A stretch of DNA of 64,000 bases from an uncultured Candidatus Saccharibacteria bacterium (lineage in GTDB: Bacteria; Patescibacteriota; Minisyncoccia; Phycocordibacterales; CAYSCM01). The position numbers were made by a program, and so were the translations under genes. Positions 48,248 through 55,541 of this stretch are shown here, one piece after another (position 1 is the first letter of the stretch; every line of letters begins with the position of its first letter). The notes beneath the pieces were generated by a model. That model made no database searches. It had not been told where the DNA came from and saw only the letters and a program-made list of their open reading frames with translations. The stretch is taken from positions 96,001-160,000 of the forward strand of contig CAYSCM010000001.1 of assembly GCA_964429815.1 (NCBI GenBank), written 5' to 3'.

Positions 48248-48994
48248 CTAAAGCCCGATTTGAGCCGCGGCATCGGCGAAATCCGCGGGGAGCGGAGCCT
48301 CGACTAGGATGATCTTCCCTGTCGCGGCGGTAAAGGAGAGGGAGCGTGCATGAAGCGCCAGGCGCGTAAACCCAAGAAGCGGTGTGTGCTTTGGGGCGTA
48401 GAGCGCATCGCCGACGACGGGGTGATTGATGGCCTTGAAGTGGACGCGTATCTGGTGCGTGCGCCCGGTTTTCGGGCGTGCCTCGACATAGGTGACCCCC
48501 TCCCCGCGTTTGAGGACGGCGTACTCGGTCACCGCTTCCCGAAGCGCTCCCTTAGCGCCGCGTTGCGCACTACGCAATCGAAAATCTTTGCGGGAGGTGC
48601 CGATGGGACGGTCGATGACGCCACCCTCTTCCTTGATAAGCCCGTGCACGAAGGCGAGGTATTTTTTCTCGACGCGACGCTCTTGGAATTCTTTTTTGAG
48701 ATACTCGAAAGCTCTCTGATTTTTCGCAAGAATGATGACACCGGAGGTTTGCCGATCGAGTCGGTGCACGATACCGGGACGCGTTATGAGGGTACCATCC
48801 GGAGCACGCATCGGCTCCCCCACGTCAGCGAGCCCGGGGTAGCGTTCCCCCACCCAATCTGAGAGCGTCGGGGCCTTATTCCGACCATCCGCATGCACGG
48901 CGAGGCCGGAGGGTTTATTAAGAGCGAGGACATCATCGTCCTCATAGAGAACCGTCGGCTCCTTAGCGGCCCATGCGTCGGCTCCTGCCTGCAT
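48248..48994 (-). CDS. RluA-family pseudouridine synthase
   Basis: …LALNKPSGLAVH…, catalytic HRLDRQTSGVIILAK, and …GRTHQIRVH…. Confidence 0.88.
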   Translation of the reverse strand: MQAGADAWAAKEPTVLYEDDDVLALNKPSGLAVHADGRNKAPTLSDWVGERYPGLADVGEPMRAPDGTLITRPGIVHRLDRQTSGVIILAKNQRAFEYLKKEFQERRVEKKYLAFVHGLIKEEGGVIDRPIGTSRKDFRLRSAQRGAKGALREAVTEYAVLKRGEGVTYVEARPKTGRTHQIRVHFKAINHPVVGDALYAPKHTPLLGFTRLALHARSLSFTAATGKIILVEAPLPADFADAAAQIGL

Positions 48995-49694
48995 ATTCTT
49001 TGAGAATGCTCGTGAATTCTTCTTTTGCAAAGGCCGGCCAATAGGTTTTCGAAAAATACAATTCGCTATAAACGCTCTGCCAGGGTAAAAAGCCCGAGAG
49101 GCGCTGTTCACCGGAGGTGCGGATGATGAGGTCGGGGTCCGGCATTCCCGCGGTCATGAGATTGTTCGCGACCACATCTTCCGTTATCTCTTCTGGTTTT
49201 AGACCTTTCGCCGCTATGCTTTTTACCGCGTGCACGAGCTCATTGCGACCCCCGTAGGCGAGCGCTATGTAGAAATTGAATTCCCCCACGCTCCCTTTCG
49301 TTTCCTCCTCTGCCCGTCTGACGATCTTCTCGGTGTCCTTCGGTAGAAGAGAAAGGTCGCCGACGACGTGGAGCACCCCACCCTCTCGTTTGAATTCCGC
49401 GAGAAACCCGCGTACCGCGACACGGATAAGTTTTTGATAGTAGGCGACTTCCTCGGCGGTGCGCTTGAGGTTTTCCGTGGAGAGGGCGTAGACGACGACG
49501 TTCTTGACGCCGGCCTCTCGGCACCATACAAGTACTTCTTTTATTTTGTTCAAGCCAGCCCGATGTCCTTCGAGTTTTGGGAGTCCTCGCTCCGCCGCCC
49601 ATCGGCGATTGCCATCCATAATGATGCCAAGCGTCATGGGCACTTTCAGTTCCGAAAGCGGTTGTTGGGTATGGTTGCGAGGCTCTAGTTTCAT
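48963..49694 (-). CDS. uppS: undecaprenyl-diphosphate synthase (cis-prenyltransferase)
   Basis: …LGIIMDGNRRWA…, …YALSTENLKR…, …ALAYGGRNE…, …IRTSGEQRLSGFLPWQS…. Confidence 0.93.
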   Translation of the reverse strand: MKLEPRNHTQQPLSELKVPMTLGIIMDGNRRWAAERGLPKLEGHRAGLNKIKEVLVWCREAGVKNVVVYALSTENLKRTAEEVAYYQKLIRVAVRGFLAEFKREGGVLHVVGDLSLLPKDTEKIVRRAEEETKGSVGEFNFYIALAYGGRNELVHAVKSIAAKGLKPEEITEDVVANNLMTAGMPDPDLIIRTSGEQRLSGFLPWQSVYSELYFSKTYWPAFAKEEFTSILKEYAGRSRRMGR

Positions 49695-49795
49695 CTATAT
49701 TAAAACGCGGGATAAACCGCGCCGTCACACTATAGTATTCAATTTATATACGAGTCGCAAGAGAAAAGGTGCCCCAGCCTGGAACACCTTGTGGT

Positions 49796-50092
49796 TCAAA
49801 AGTTTTTGGATTCAATCCGCTCTTTTCGTGCTGGACGGGCTCGAGTCATGGGTTCGGCAGGTTCCGCTCGCCTCCACCTACCTTCCCAAAGCGACAAATA
49901 TAATGTGGCGCCAGCTCCTTCAAAATAACTATTTTTTCTTTGTTCCGCAACAAAACCGTTCAGTAACTTTTTAGCCTCCCGGATTGCTGTTTTCTGACTG
50001 ACGGCTTCAAATTCCTCGACCTTCCATCCAACATGGTCGTCCTTGTCATGTCCCCCATCCAGCACCACCCACATCCGTAAGTGGAATTTCAT
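49796..50092 (-). CDS. hypothetical protein (98 aa)
   Basis: ORF only. Confidence 0.3.
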   Translation of the reverse strand: MKFHLRMWVVLDGGHDKDDHVGWKVEEFEAVSQKTAIREAKKLLNGFVAEQRKNSYFEGAGATLYLSLWEGRWRRAEPAEPMTRARPARKERIESKNF

Positions 50093-50153
50093 TTCGACCT
50101 CCTGTTGTGTGCTTCTTGCTTCGATAACCGATGCAAAAAAAGAAAGTTTCGTT

Positions 50154-50170
50154 GTGCGCGCTGAGGGATT
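50154..50170 (-). repeat. 17-nt direct repeat duplicating the 3' end of tRNA-Val (GTGCGCGCTGAGGGAYT)
   Basis: Plus-strand gtgcgcgctgagggatt at 50154-50170 matches gtgcgcgctgagggact at 50311-50327, which is the acceptor 3' strand, discriminator and T-stem of tRNA-Val. Confidence 0.6.
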
Positions 50171-50311
50171 CTCTCCCTACAGGAGCAGTACCCCGATTGG
50201 ATCCGCCCTGCGGATGCTCAATCGGGCTTCGAGTCCCTACGCACACTCCCCCAGAGTGTACTCCAGCGCGAAACGAAATGGCGCCGGTAAAACCAAGCAC
50301 CATTTATTCTG

Positions 50312-50384
50312 TGCGCGCTGAGGGACTCGAACCCCCGACCATCCCGGTGTAAACGGGGCGCTCTACCAACTGAGCTAAGCGCGC
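50312..50384 (-). tRNA. tRNA-Val (anticodon TAC)
   Basis: Acceptor GCGCGCT/AGCGCGC, D-arm GCTC-AGTTGGTA-GAGC, anticodon loop TTTACAC, T-loop TTCGAGT. Confidence 0.88.
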
Positions 50385-50770
50385 ATTCTCGGAAGATATT
50401 CGAGAAATCTCTTGAGCGCAACTACAAAAACCCCGGCGTTACCCCATAGGAGCGGCAGCCAAAGCGGAGCTCCTAAGAAATGGGGCCGCGTGTAGTGCCA
50501 AGCGCCATAGTAGATAGCAATCGCTTCAGAGAAAGGTCCGAGGATCGCAATGACGATAAAGACGATCGCGGTAGTTCGGCTTCGCTGGAGCATGAGAGCT
50601 ACGACAGACAAAGCGCCAAGGGCCAGAACCACAATAAGAGTCTGTTGCCACAAAAAAACAGTGCAGACGAGTGTGATCGCAGAGACGCTGCAACTTCCCA
50701 AAAATCTTTTTACTTCAGACATTTTCTGGTGCACCATATCGGGAAAGATCTCGGACCGCCGTGCAAGCAA
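50375..50770 (-). CDS. small polytopic membrane protein (131 aa)
   Basis: Three hydrophobic helices. The 3' end overlaps the tRNA-Val 5' end by ~10 nt. Confidence 0.4.
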   Translation of the reverse strand: MLARRSEIFPDMVHQKMSEVKRFLGSCSVSAITLVCTVFLWQQTLIVVLALGALSVVALMLQRSRTTAIVFIVIAILGPFSEAIAIYYGAWHYTRPHFLGAPLWLPLLWGNAGVFVVALKRFLEYLPRMRA

Positions 50771-50990
50771 CTTTAGATATCCTCGTGCAGCACTATACCA
50801 CAGAGCTGCGGGAAGTAGAGGTTGTCGGACAGAAGGAGGTCGCCCAGTCCATGGTGAATGAAACCGAATGCCTGTTTGAGAAGTAAAAGTGGTGGAGTCG
50901 ACGCGAGTTCGCTATTCTTTGCCAGCTACCATACGCAAAGGTTTTTGGCTTCGTCATAGCACTCCAAACAAAACTTCAAGCGAGGACGAC

Positions 50991-51386
50991 ATGGCAGCCG
51001 ATAGAGAAACATACTGGTATTGGTACACCTCCGGCGTTACCAGTGAATCGAAACTCGATGAGATGAGAAAATTCCAGCTTCGGGATGTACTCGACTTTGG
51101 TTCCGAAGTCCCGGAGTTTGAGTTCGACAGCGACGCACTTGTTGAAGCTGCCTGTCTTCATCTCAGCGTACACCAAATTTCCCTTCGCGGCGCATGGGAG
51201 CATGTCAAATGTTGCGAGGCGTGTCTGACATGGGCTCGCAAGAAGAAACATCTGTGGGAGCTTGCCACGGATCAATGTCTCCGCGCCGGAGGGACGAATC
51301 TTGAAGAATTTCGACGGGCCGTTGAACGACCCCGTCGGGAAGAAATGAGGAAGCATCTCGGCATGAGTGTACGGAAAGGTAACTAA
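50991..51386 (+). CDS. hypothetical protein (about 130 aa), Cys/Trp-containing, in an AT-richer tRNA-flanked segment
   Basis: ORF between tRNA-Val and tRNA-Arg; start taken at MAADRETYWYW. No motif recognised. Confidence 0.35.
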   Translation: MAADRETYWYWYTSGVTSESKLDEMRKFQLRDVLDFGSEVPEFEFDSDALVEAACLHLSVHQISLRGAWEHVKCCEACLTWARKKKHLWELATDQCLRAGGTNLEEFRRAVERPRREEMRKHLGMSVRKGN

Positions 51387-51453
51387 CGACACCGGAACCC
51401 CGCGGAACCCCCGCGGGGCTTCTTTTGGGAGTCGTCAGGGTAGTCAATCAGGG

Positions 51454-51525
51454 TGCCCCCGCGAGGAATCGAACCCCGATCAGCGGCTTAGAAGTCCGCA
51501 GTTTTATCCATTAAACTACGGGGGC
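51454..51525 (-). tRNA. tRNA-Arg (anticodon TCT)
   Basis: Acceptor GCCCCCG/CGGGGGC, D-loop AATGGATA, anticodon loop CTTCTAA, T-loop TTCGATT. Confidence 0.8.
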
Positions 51526-51548
51526 AAGGCATCGCCACTCTAGCAACC

Positions 51549-51872
51549 TCACCTGCGAGGGTCAACGAGCGAGGGCTGTTGCGAGAGCGCTCGCTCAAAA
51601 TCACTGCTGCGCGCCCGCCACGCGGAAAGCACGTCGGAGAGCTTCGCGCGATCGACCGTGAGCGTCGGTTGGAGAGCGGACTCCGGAGCGGAAAAATCGC
51701 CGGAGCGAACACGCAGATACATCCACACGGAAAGCGAACACATGAGGAGCGTGAGGATAAGCGCCACGAAAAGCAGGGCCGTCCAGTCGCCCGCAGGGTT
51801 ACGCATCCGCGCGCGTGATACTAAGCGTTTACGTAGCCACCCTCCGAGGTCTTTGAGCGATATGTCTTTCAT
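51549..51872 (-). CDS. small membrane protein, fourth gene of pilus-assembly operon (PilP-position)
   Basis: Single TM helix, co-oriented and abutting the pilO-like gene. Confidence 0.4.
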   Translation of the reverse strand: MKDISLKDLGGWLRKRLVSRARMRNPAGDWTALLFVALILTLLMCSLSVWMYLRVRSGDFSAPESALQPTLTVDRAKLSDVLSAWRARSSDFERALSQQPSLVDPRR

Positions 51873-52408
51873 GGTGCGAGTTTGGAAAAATGCGCCGTAA
51901 TGGAGGCGGACCACTGTGTCGAAGAAGCCAGATCGAAACGTGTGAATCGTGCGAACGATATGCCGCCAACGATGGGAAGTTTTTCGAACTGGTAGAGGTA
52001 GCGCATGACGCCGCCGAAGGTGCCGGAGAGTTTGATCGCTATTGGCACGCCTTCGAGGACGGAAGTCTTCGTCGCTTTCTCGACGTTCACGGAATCGACG
52101 GAAAGGTCCACGCGGCTTGTCCGACCTATCTCTTCGATGGTCTTGAGAAAGTCGACGACTCCGTCCTGACCCACGAAATAGGTGTCTGCCTCCCGTCGCG
52201 CCGATGCGGTATCACCAAGGAGCGCCTTGAGGCCGCGTAATTGCTCTTCCTTCTGGGAACTCTGGGTCAACTCGCCGCTGATTCCGGCGGTTTCTTCATT
52301 AATAGCGGTTATCCTGCCGTACACGTACAGCAGCGACGCCCCCGCGACGAACGTGAAGAGGGTCGCGAGCATGAGAGGGACACTTTTACGCAAGACATTC
52401 ATGGTCAA
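51869..52408 (-). CDS. pilO: type IV pilus assembly protein PilO-like
   Basis: N-terminal TM, coiled-coil segment, C-terminal ferredoxin-like domain; operon position after pilN. Confidence 0.55.
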   Translation of the reverse strand: MTMNVLRKSVPLMLATLFTFVAGASLLYVYGRITAINEETAGISGELTQSSQKEEQLRGLKALLGDTASARREADTYFVGQDGVVDFLKTIEEIGRTSRVDLSVDSVNVEKATKTSVLEGVPIAIKLSGTFGGVMRYLYQFEKLPIVGGISFARFTRFDLASSTQWSASITAHFSKLAP

Positions 52409-52941
52409 AACAGGCCCGTAAGGGTGAGGATGAAGTCGACGTCGCTATCTTTGGCAAGATCGGAGACGGGAAGGATCACGGAGGAAAAGAGCGCCTCCTT
52501 TTTGAGCTCCTTGTGGTAGGACAACAGCGCGTCGCGCGTGCTCGCGATGCCCACAACCACCAGCTCTCCTCCCTGATCGCGCTTTGTGTAGCTTATATCG
52601 TTGACGCGAACACCGGAGGGCCGTACCCCAAGTGCCGCTTCCACGGCGCTAAAGAGCTTCCCGGTACTTTGACTTCCCGACAGAACGCCGAGTTTTTCTT
52701 TAAGCGCCGCTATTTCGCTGGAGGGCGCCTCTTTTTCTTCCGCAGCAAGGATCGCATCGAGGTTTTCTTTGGCAAGCGTCGCCTCGCGGTTTTTGGAGAG
52801 AGAAAAAATGTACGTGGGAAGAAGCGAGACGGCGCCGATGAGAAACACGACCCCGAGGAGCGTGACGGCTGCTGCCGCAAGGCGGATATAGTAGCTAAGC
52901 CGAAGGGCTCGGCGGGTTTCCCGATCGATAAGGTTGATCAT
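52405..52941 (-). CDS. pilN: type IV pilus assembly protein PilN-like
   Basis: Short cytoplasmic N-terminus (MINLIDRETRRALRL), TM helix, periplasmic coiled-coil; 4-nt overlaps with both neighbours. Confidence 0.6.
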   Translation of the reverse strand: MINLIDRETRRALRLSYYIRLAAAAVTLLGVVFLIGAVSLLPTYIFSLSKNREATLAKENLDAILAAEEKEAPSSEIAALKEKLGVLSGSQSTGKLFSAVEAALGVRPSGVRVNDISYTKRDQGGELVVVGIASTRDALLSYHKELKKEALFSSVILPVSDLAKDSDVDFILTLTGLF

Positions 52942-53966
52942 AATCGTCGCAACGCAAGCCCCGCGACCGTCGCGTAGCCGAGCGAGTGCGGGCGGTCGAT
53001 CGGCGGTATGTAATCGTCGAAGGAGAACGCGTTGACCCAGACGTTGCCAAGCGACACCGGCACCTTGAGGCTCTGCGAGAGATACTCGGAGAGCCCGATA
53101 AGGTTGCCGTTGCCGCCGCACAGTACGAGTTCGTCTATCTTCGGGTAGGGGCGATTATCTGGCGTCTTGCGTGAATTCCAGTATATGAAATGGCGATTTA
53201 TCTCGTCTTTGAGCGCTGCGATGGTGTTCATGAGGGAACTCCACAGTTCGGTATCCGTTTGGCTTCGGGTAAAGCCCTGTTCGTTCTTGCGTCGCTCGGC
53301 CTCTTTTTCGTCGACGTTGAACGTCTTGCGAATGGCCGCGGTGAGCGCATTGCCGCCGACCTCGACGGTCGCGGTAAAAAGAAGTTTGCCCGAGGAGACG
53401 ATCGCAAGCCCCGTACGCGCCCGGCCGAAGTCGACGACGAAGTACGTTCTACCGCTTCCCCGTGGAATGAGAGACCGAGCGATGGCTTGGGCCTCTATTT
53501 CAAACGATAGCGCCGTGAGGCCCGCCTTTGAAAAAGCGCTCTGGTAAGCCTCGACGATGGAGCGGCTGTAAACGGAGACAATGACACTCTGGCCTTCGGC
53601 AGACGGCGCCGCGAGCGGTTCATAATCAAACACTGCCTCCGCGCTCCCGACCGGCACGTTTTCCTCGAGGTGAAACTCGATGACGGTACGCTCTTCGGAG
53701 GGAGCCGCATCGGCGGGTACGTTCGTCTGAAAGAGATAGGCCTCCTCTTCCGGAAGCGATGCGCGGACGTACTCAAGATGCTCTTCTTTTCGCAGCTTGC
53801 CGAGAATACTTGCAAGAGCGTCGATGTCCTTGATGAGCCCTCCCTCGACAATGCCGGGCGCGATCGGGCGATCCCCGAACCTTCCTATACGAAGCTCTCC
53901 AGGGTGTCCGACAAACTCCAAAAACTTGACTGACGAATCGGATATGTCGATGCCGACCGATGGCAT
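52938..53966 (-). CDS. pilM: type IV pilus assembly protein PilM (actin-like ATPase fold)
   Basis: MPSVGIDISDSSVKFLEF… N-terminal phosphate-1 motif and …YFVVDFGRARTGLAIV…, …LVLCGGNGNL…. Start at MPSVGID. Confidence 0.75.
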   Translation of the reverse strand: MPSVGIDISDSSVKFLEFVGHPGELRIGRFGDRPIAPGIVEGGLIKDIDALASILGKLRKEEHLEYVRASLPEEEAYLFQTNVPADAAPSEERTVIEFHLEENVPVGSAEAVFDYEPLAAPSAEGQSVIVSVYSRSIVEAYQSAFSKAGLTALSFEIEAQAIARSLIPRGSGRTYFVVDFGRARTGLAIVSSGKLLFTATVEVGGNALTAAIRKTFNVDEKEAERRKNEQGFTRSQTDTELWSSLMNTIAALKDEINRHFIYWNSRKTPDNRPYPKIDELVLCGGNGNLIGLSEYLSQSLKVPVSLGNVWVNAFSFDDYIPPIDRPHSLGYATVAGLALRRL

Positions 53967-54079
53967 GGTAAGAAAGCGCGGCGGCGGAAAGAGCCGCAAA
54001 TAGAGAGGGGTTGTGGTGCGCGCAAGGGACATAGATCTTGTCCTTAGTATAGCGCGCCGCCGCGCGCACAAAAAAGAAT

Positions 54080-54427
54080 CTAGCGCAGCCGCATCCCGGC
54101 CGGAACGTCGCGCGAGGGGTGGAGGAGCGAAAATCGTCCTTCATCGTCGGTCGCGGCAAGTATCATGCCCTGGCTTTCAAGCCCCCTGATGACGCGCGGC
54201 TCGAGATTGGCAACGAACAAACACTCCTTGCCGATGAGCTCGGTGAGGTCGGGGAAGTACGCCGCAATACCGGACACTATCTGCCGCGACCCACCCTCCC
54301 CGAGGTCCACAGAAAGGCGCAGGAGCTTATCCGTCTGCGGTACCCGCTCCGCAGAAAGAATTTTTCCTATACGCAGGTCGAGCTTTTTGAAATCGTCGAG
54401 AGAAATGAGCGGCTTTTCTTCAGGCAT
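54080..54427 (-). CDS. tRNA-binding domain protein (CsaA/Trbp111/EMAP-II-like OB fold)
   Basis: …DFKKLDLRIGKILSAERVPQTDKLLRLSVDLGEGGSRQIVSGIAAYF…VANLEPRVIRGLESQGMIL…. Confidence 0.85.
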   Translation of the reverse strand: MPEEKPLISLDDFKKLDLRIGKILSAERVPQTDKLLRLSVDLGEGGSRQIVSGIAAYFPDLTELIGKECLFVANLEPRVIRGLESQGMILAATDDEGRFSLLHPSRDVPAGMRLR

Positions 54428-54818
54428 GGCGATGTTTTGCCAGGTAGTTTTCTAAAATAATAGCGGCGGCGGAGGCATCGCTTGCTTTCCCTTTCCCTTT
54501 TTCTTTCCCTTGAAAGCGGCTCGCCTCGAAGGAGGAAAAATGTTCCGGTTCAAGCTCGACCGGGATGCCGAGCTCACGTTCAAGATCAGCTTTAAAGCGA
54601 CGGATTTCGGCCATGATGGGATTTTCTGCACCGGCGTGCGTCACCGACTCACCGATCACGACCGTGGCGACGCTCTTTTCACGCACGAGCTCGGCAACAT
54701 CAGGAAGAAGCATACGGTCATTGGGAAAAACGGCGTGCGGCAAGGCGATGTTTCCCTCCTCGTCGGTGAGAGCGATCCCGACGCGGTTTCTGCCGTAGTC
54801 GATACCCATGAGCCGCAT
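54420..54818 (-). CDS. ruvX: Holliday-junction resolvase-like RuvX/YqgF
   Basis: MRLMGIDYGRNRVGIALTDEEG…PVELEPEHFSS…. RNase H-like fold motifs. Confidence 0.88.
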   Translation of the reverse strand: MRLMGIDYGRNRVGIALTDEEGNIALPHAVFPNDRMLLPDVAELVREKSVATVVIGESVTHAGAENPIMAEIRRFKADLERELGIPVELEPEHFSSFEASRFQGKEKGKGKASDASAAAIILENYLAKHRHA

Positions 54819-54972
54819 AATGATTTAGAGAGAGGCGATGACGGAGGGAGCGCCGAGGAGAATGACGCCGAGGAGAACCGCGGAAATCACTATCCCTATG
54901 ACCATCATCGCATCGCGCATGTACGCACAATAGCACAATTTTGTCGCCTCGACCGAGTGGTGTACTGGATGA

Positions 54973-55455
54973 GTGGAGGAGTATAAAAGAAATCCGAACG
55001 TCGCCTGCGCGAGGTGTGGGAAACAAATTTATCGAAGACCGGGAGAACTTCAAAAAAGCGGGGGGCGGGCATTTTGTGGACAAGTATGTTACGGAATCTC
55101 CCAACGAAAAGAAAGACCCTGTGTCGTATGCGGAGCTCCAATCCTTGCAAGCGCCCATAAGAAAACCTGTAGTCGGGGCTGTGCAAACACAAACCGCGCA
55201 GGACTTACCTACAATGGACGACGTCCGAAGGATAAAGTCGTATACCAACGTGGTCTAAAGATTCGGCTGCTTGCTCTACGCGGACCTGCGTGCGAGAGAT
55301 GTGGATACAATAAAATTCAGATCCTCAACGTTCATCACAAAGATAGGAATCGCAAGCACAATGAAATGTCAAATCTCGAATTACTTTGCCCGAACTGTCA
55401 CGCTGAAGAGCACTATCTGGAAAAGAATCTGGTTAATGATAAGGTGCTCACATAG
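54973..55455 (+). CDS. HNH endonuclease with two N-terminal zinc ribbons
   Basis: C-x2-C…C-x3-C pairs, then the HNH His-Me finger …CERCGYNKIQILNVHHKDRNRKHNEMSNLELLCPNCHAEEH…. Confidence 0.8.
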   Translation: MEEYKRNPNVACARCGKQIYRRPGELQKSGGRAFCGQVCYGISQRKERPCVVCGAPILASAHKKTCSRGCANTNRAGLTYNGRRPKDKVVYQRGLKIRLLALRGPACERCGYNKIQILNVHHKDRNRKHNEMSNLELLCPNCHAEEHYLEKNLVNDKVLT

Positions 55456-55538
55456 GGAAGGGTGCTCCGAATGGTAAGGAACCGGTCTTGAAAACCGGCG
55501 CCCGCAAGGGCTTGTGGGTTCGAGTCCCACCCCTTCCG
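55456..55538 (+). tRNA. tRNA-Ser (anticodon TGA)
   Basis: Acceptor GGAAGGG/CCCTTCC, anticodon stem CCGGT/ACCGG with loop CTTGAAA, long variable arm (GCCC-gcaa-GGGC), T-arm GTGGG-TTCGAGT-CCCAC, discriminator G. Confidence 0.8.
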
Positions 55539-55541
55539 CAG

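Noticed and set aside
54826-54908. 27-aa hydrophobic minus-strand micro-ORF (MMVIGIVISAVLLGVILLGAPSVIASL) just upstream of ruvX, and a ~48-aa hydrophobic micro-ORF at ~5070-5213
   Set aside because: Too short to support without conservation or expression data. Noted as possible small membrane peptides only.
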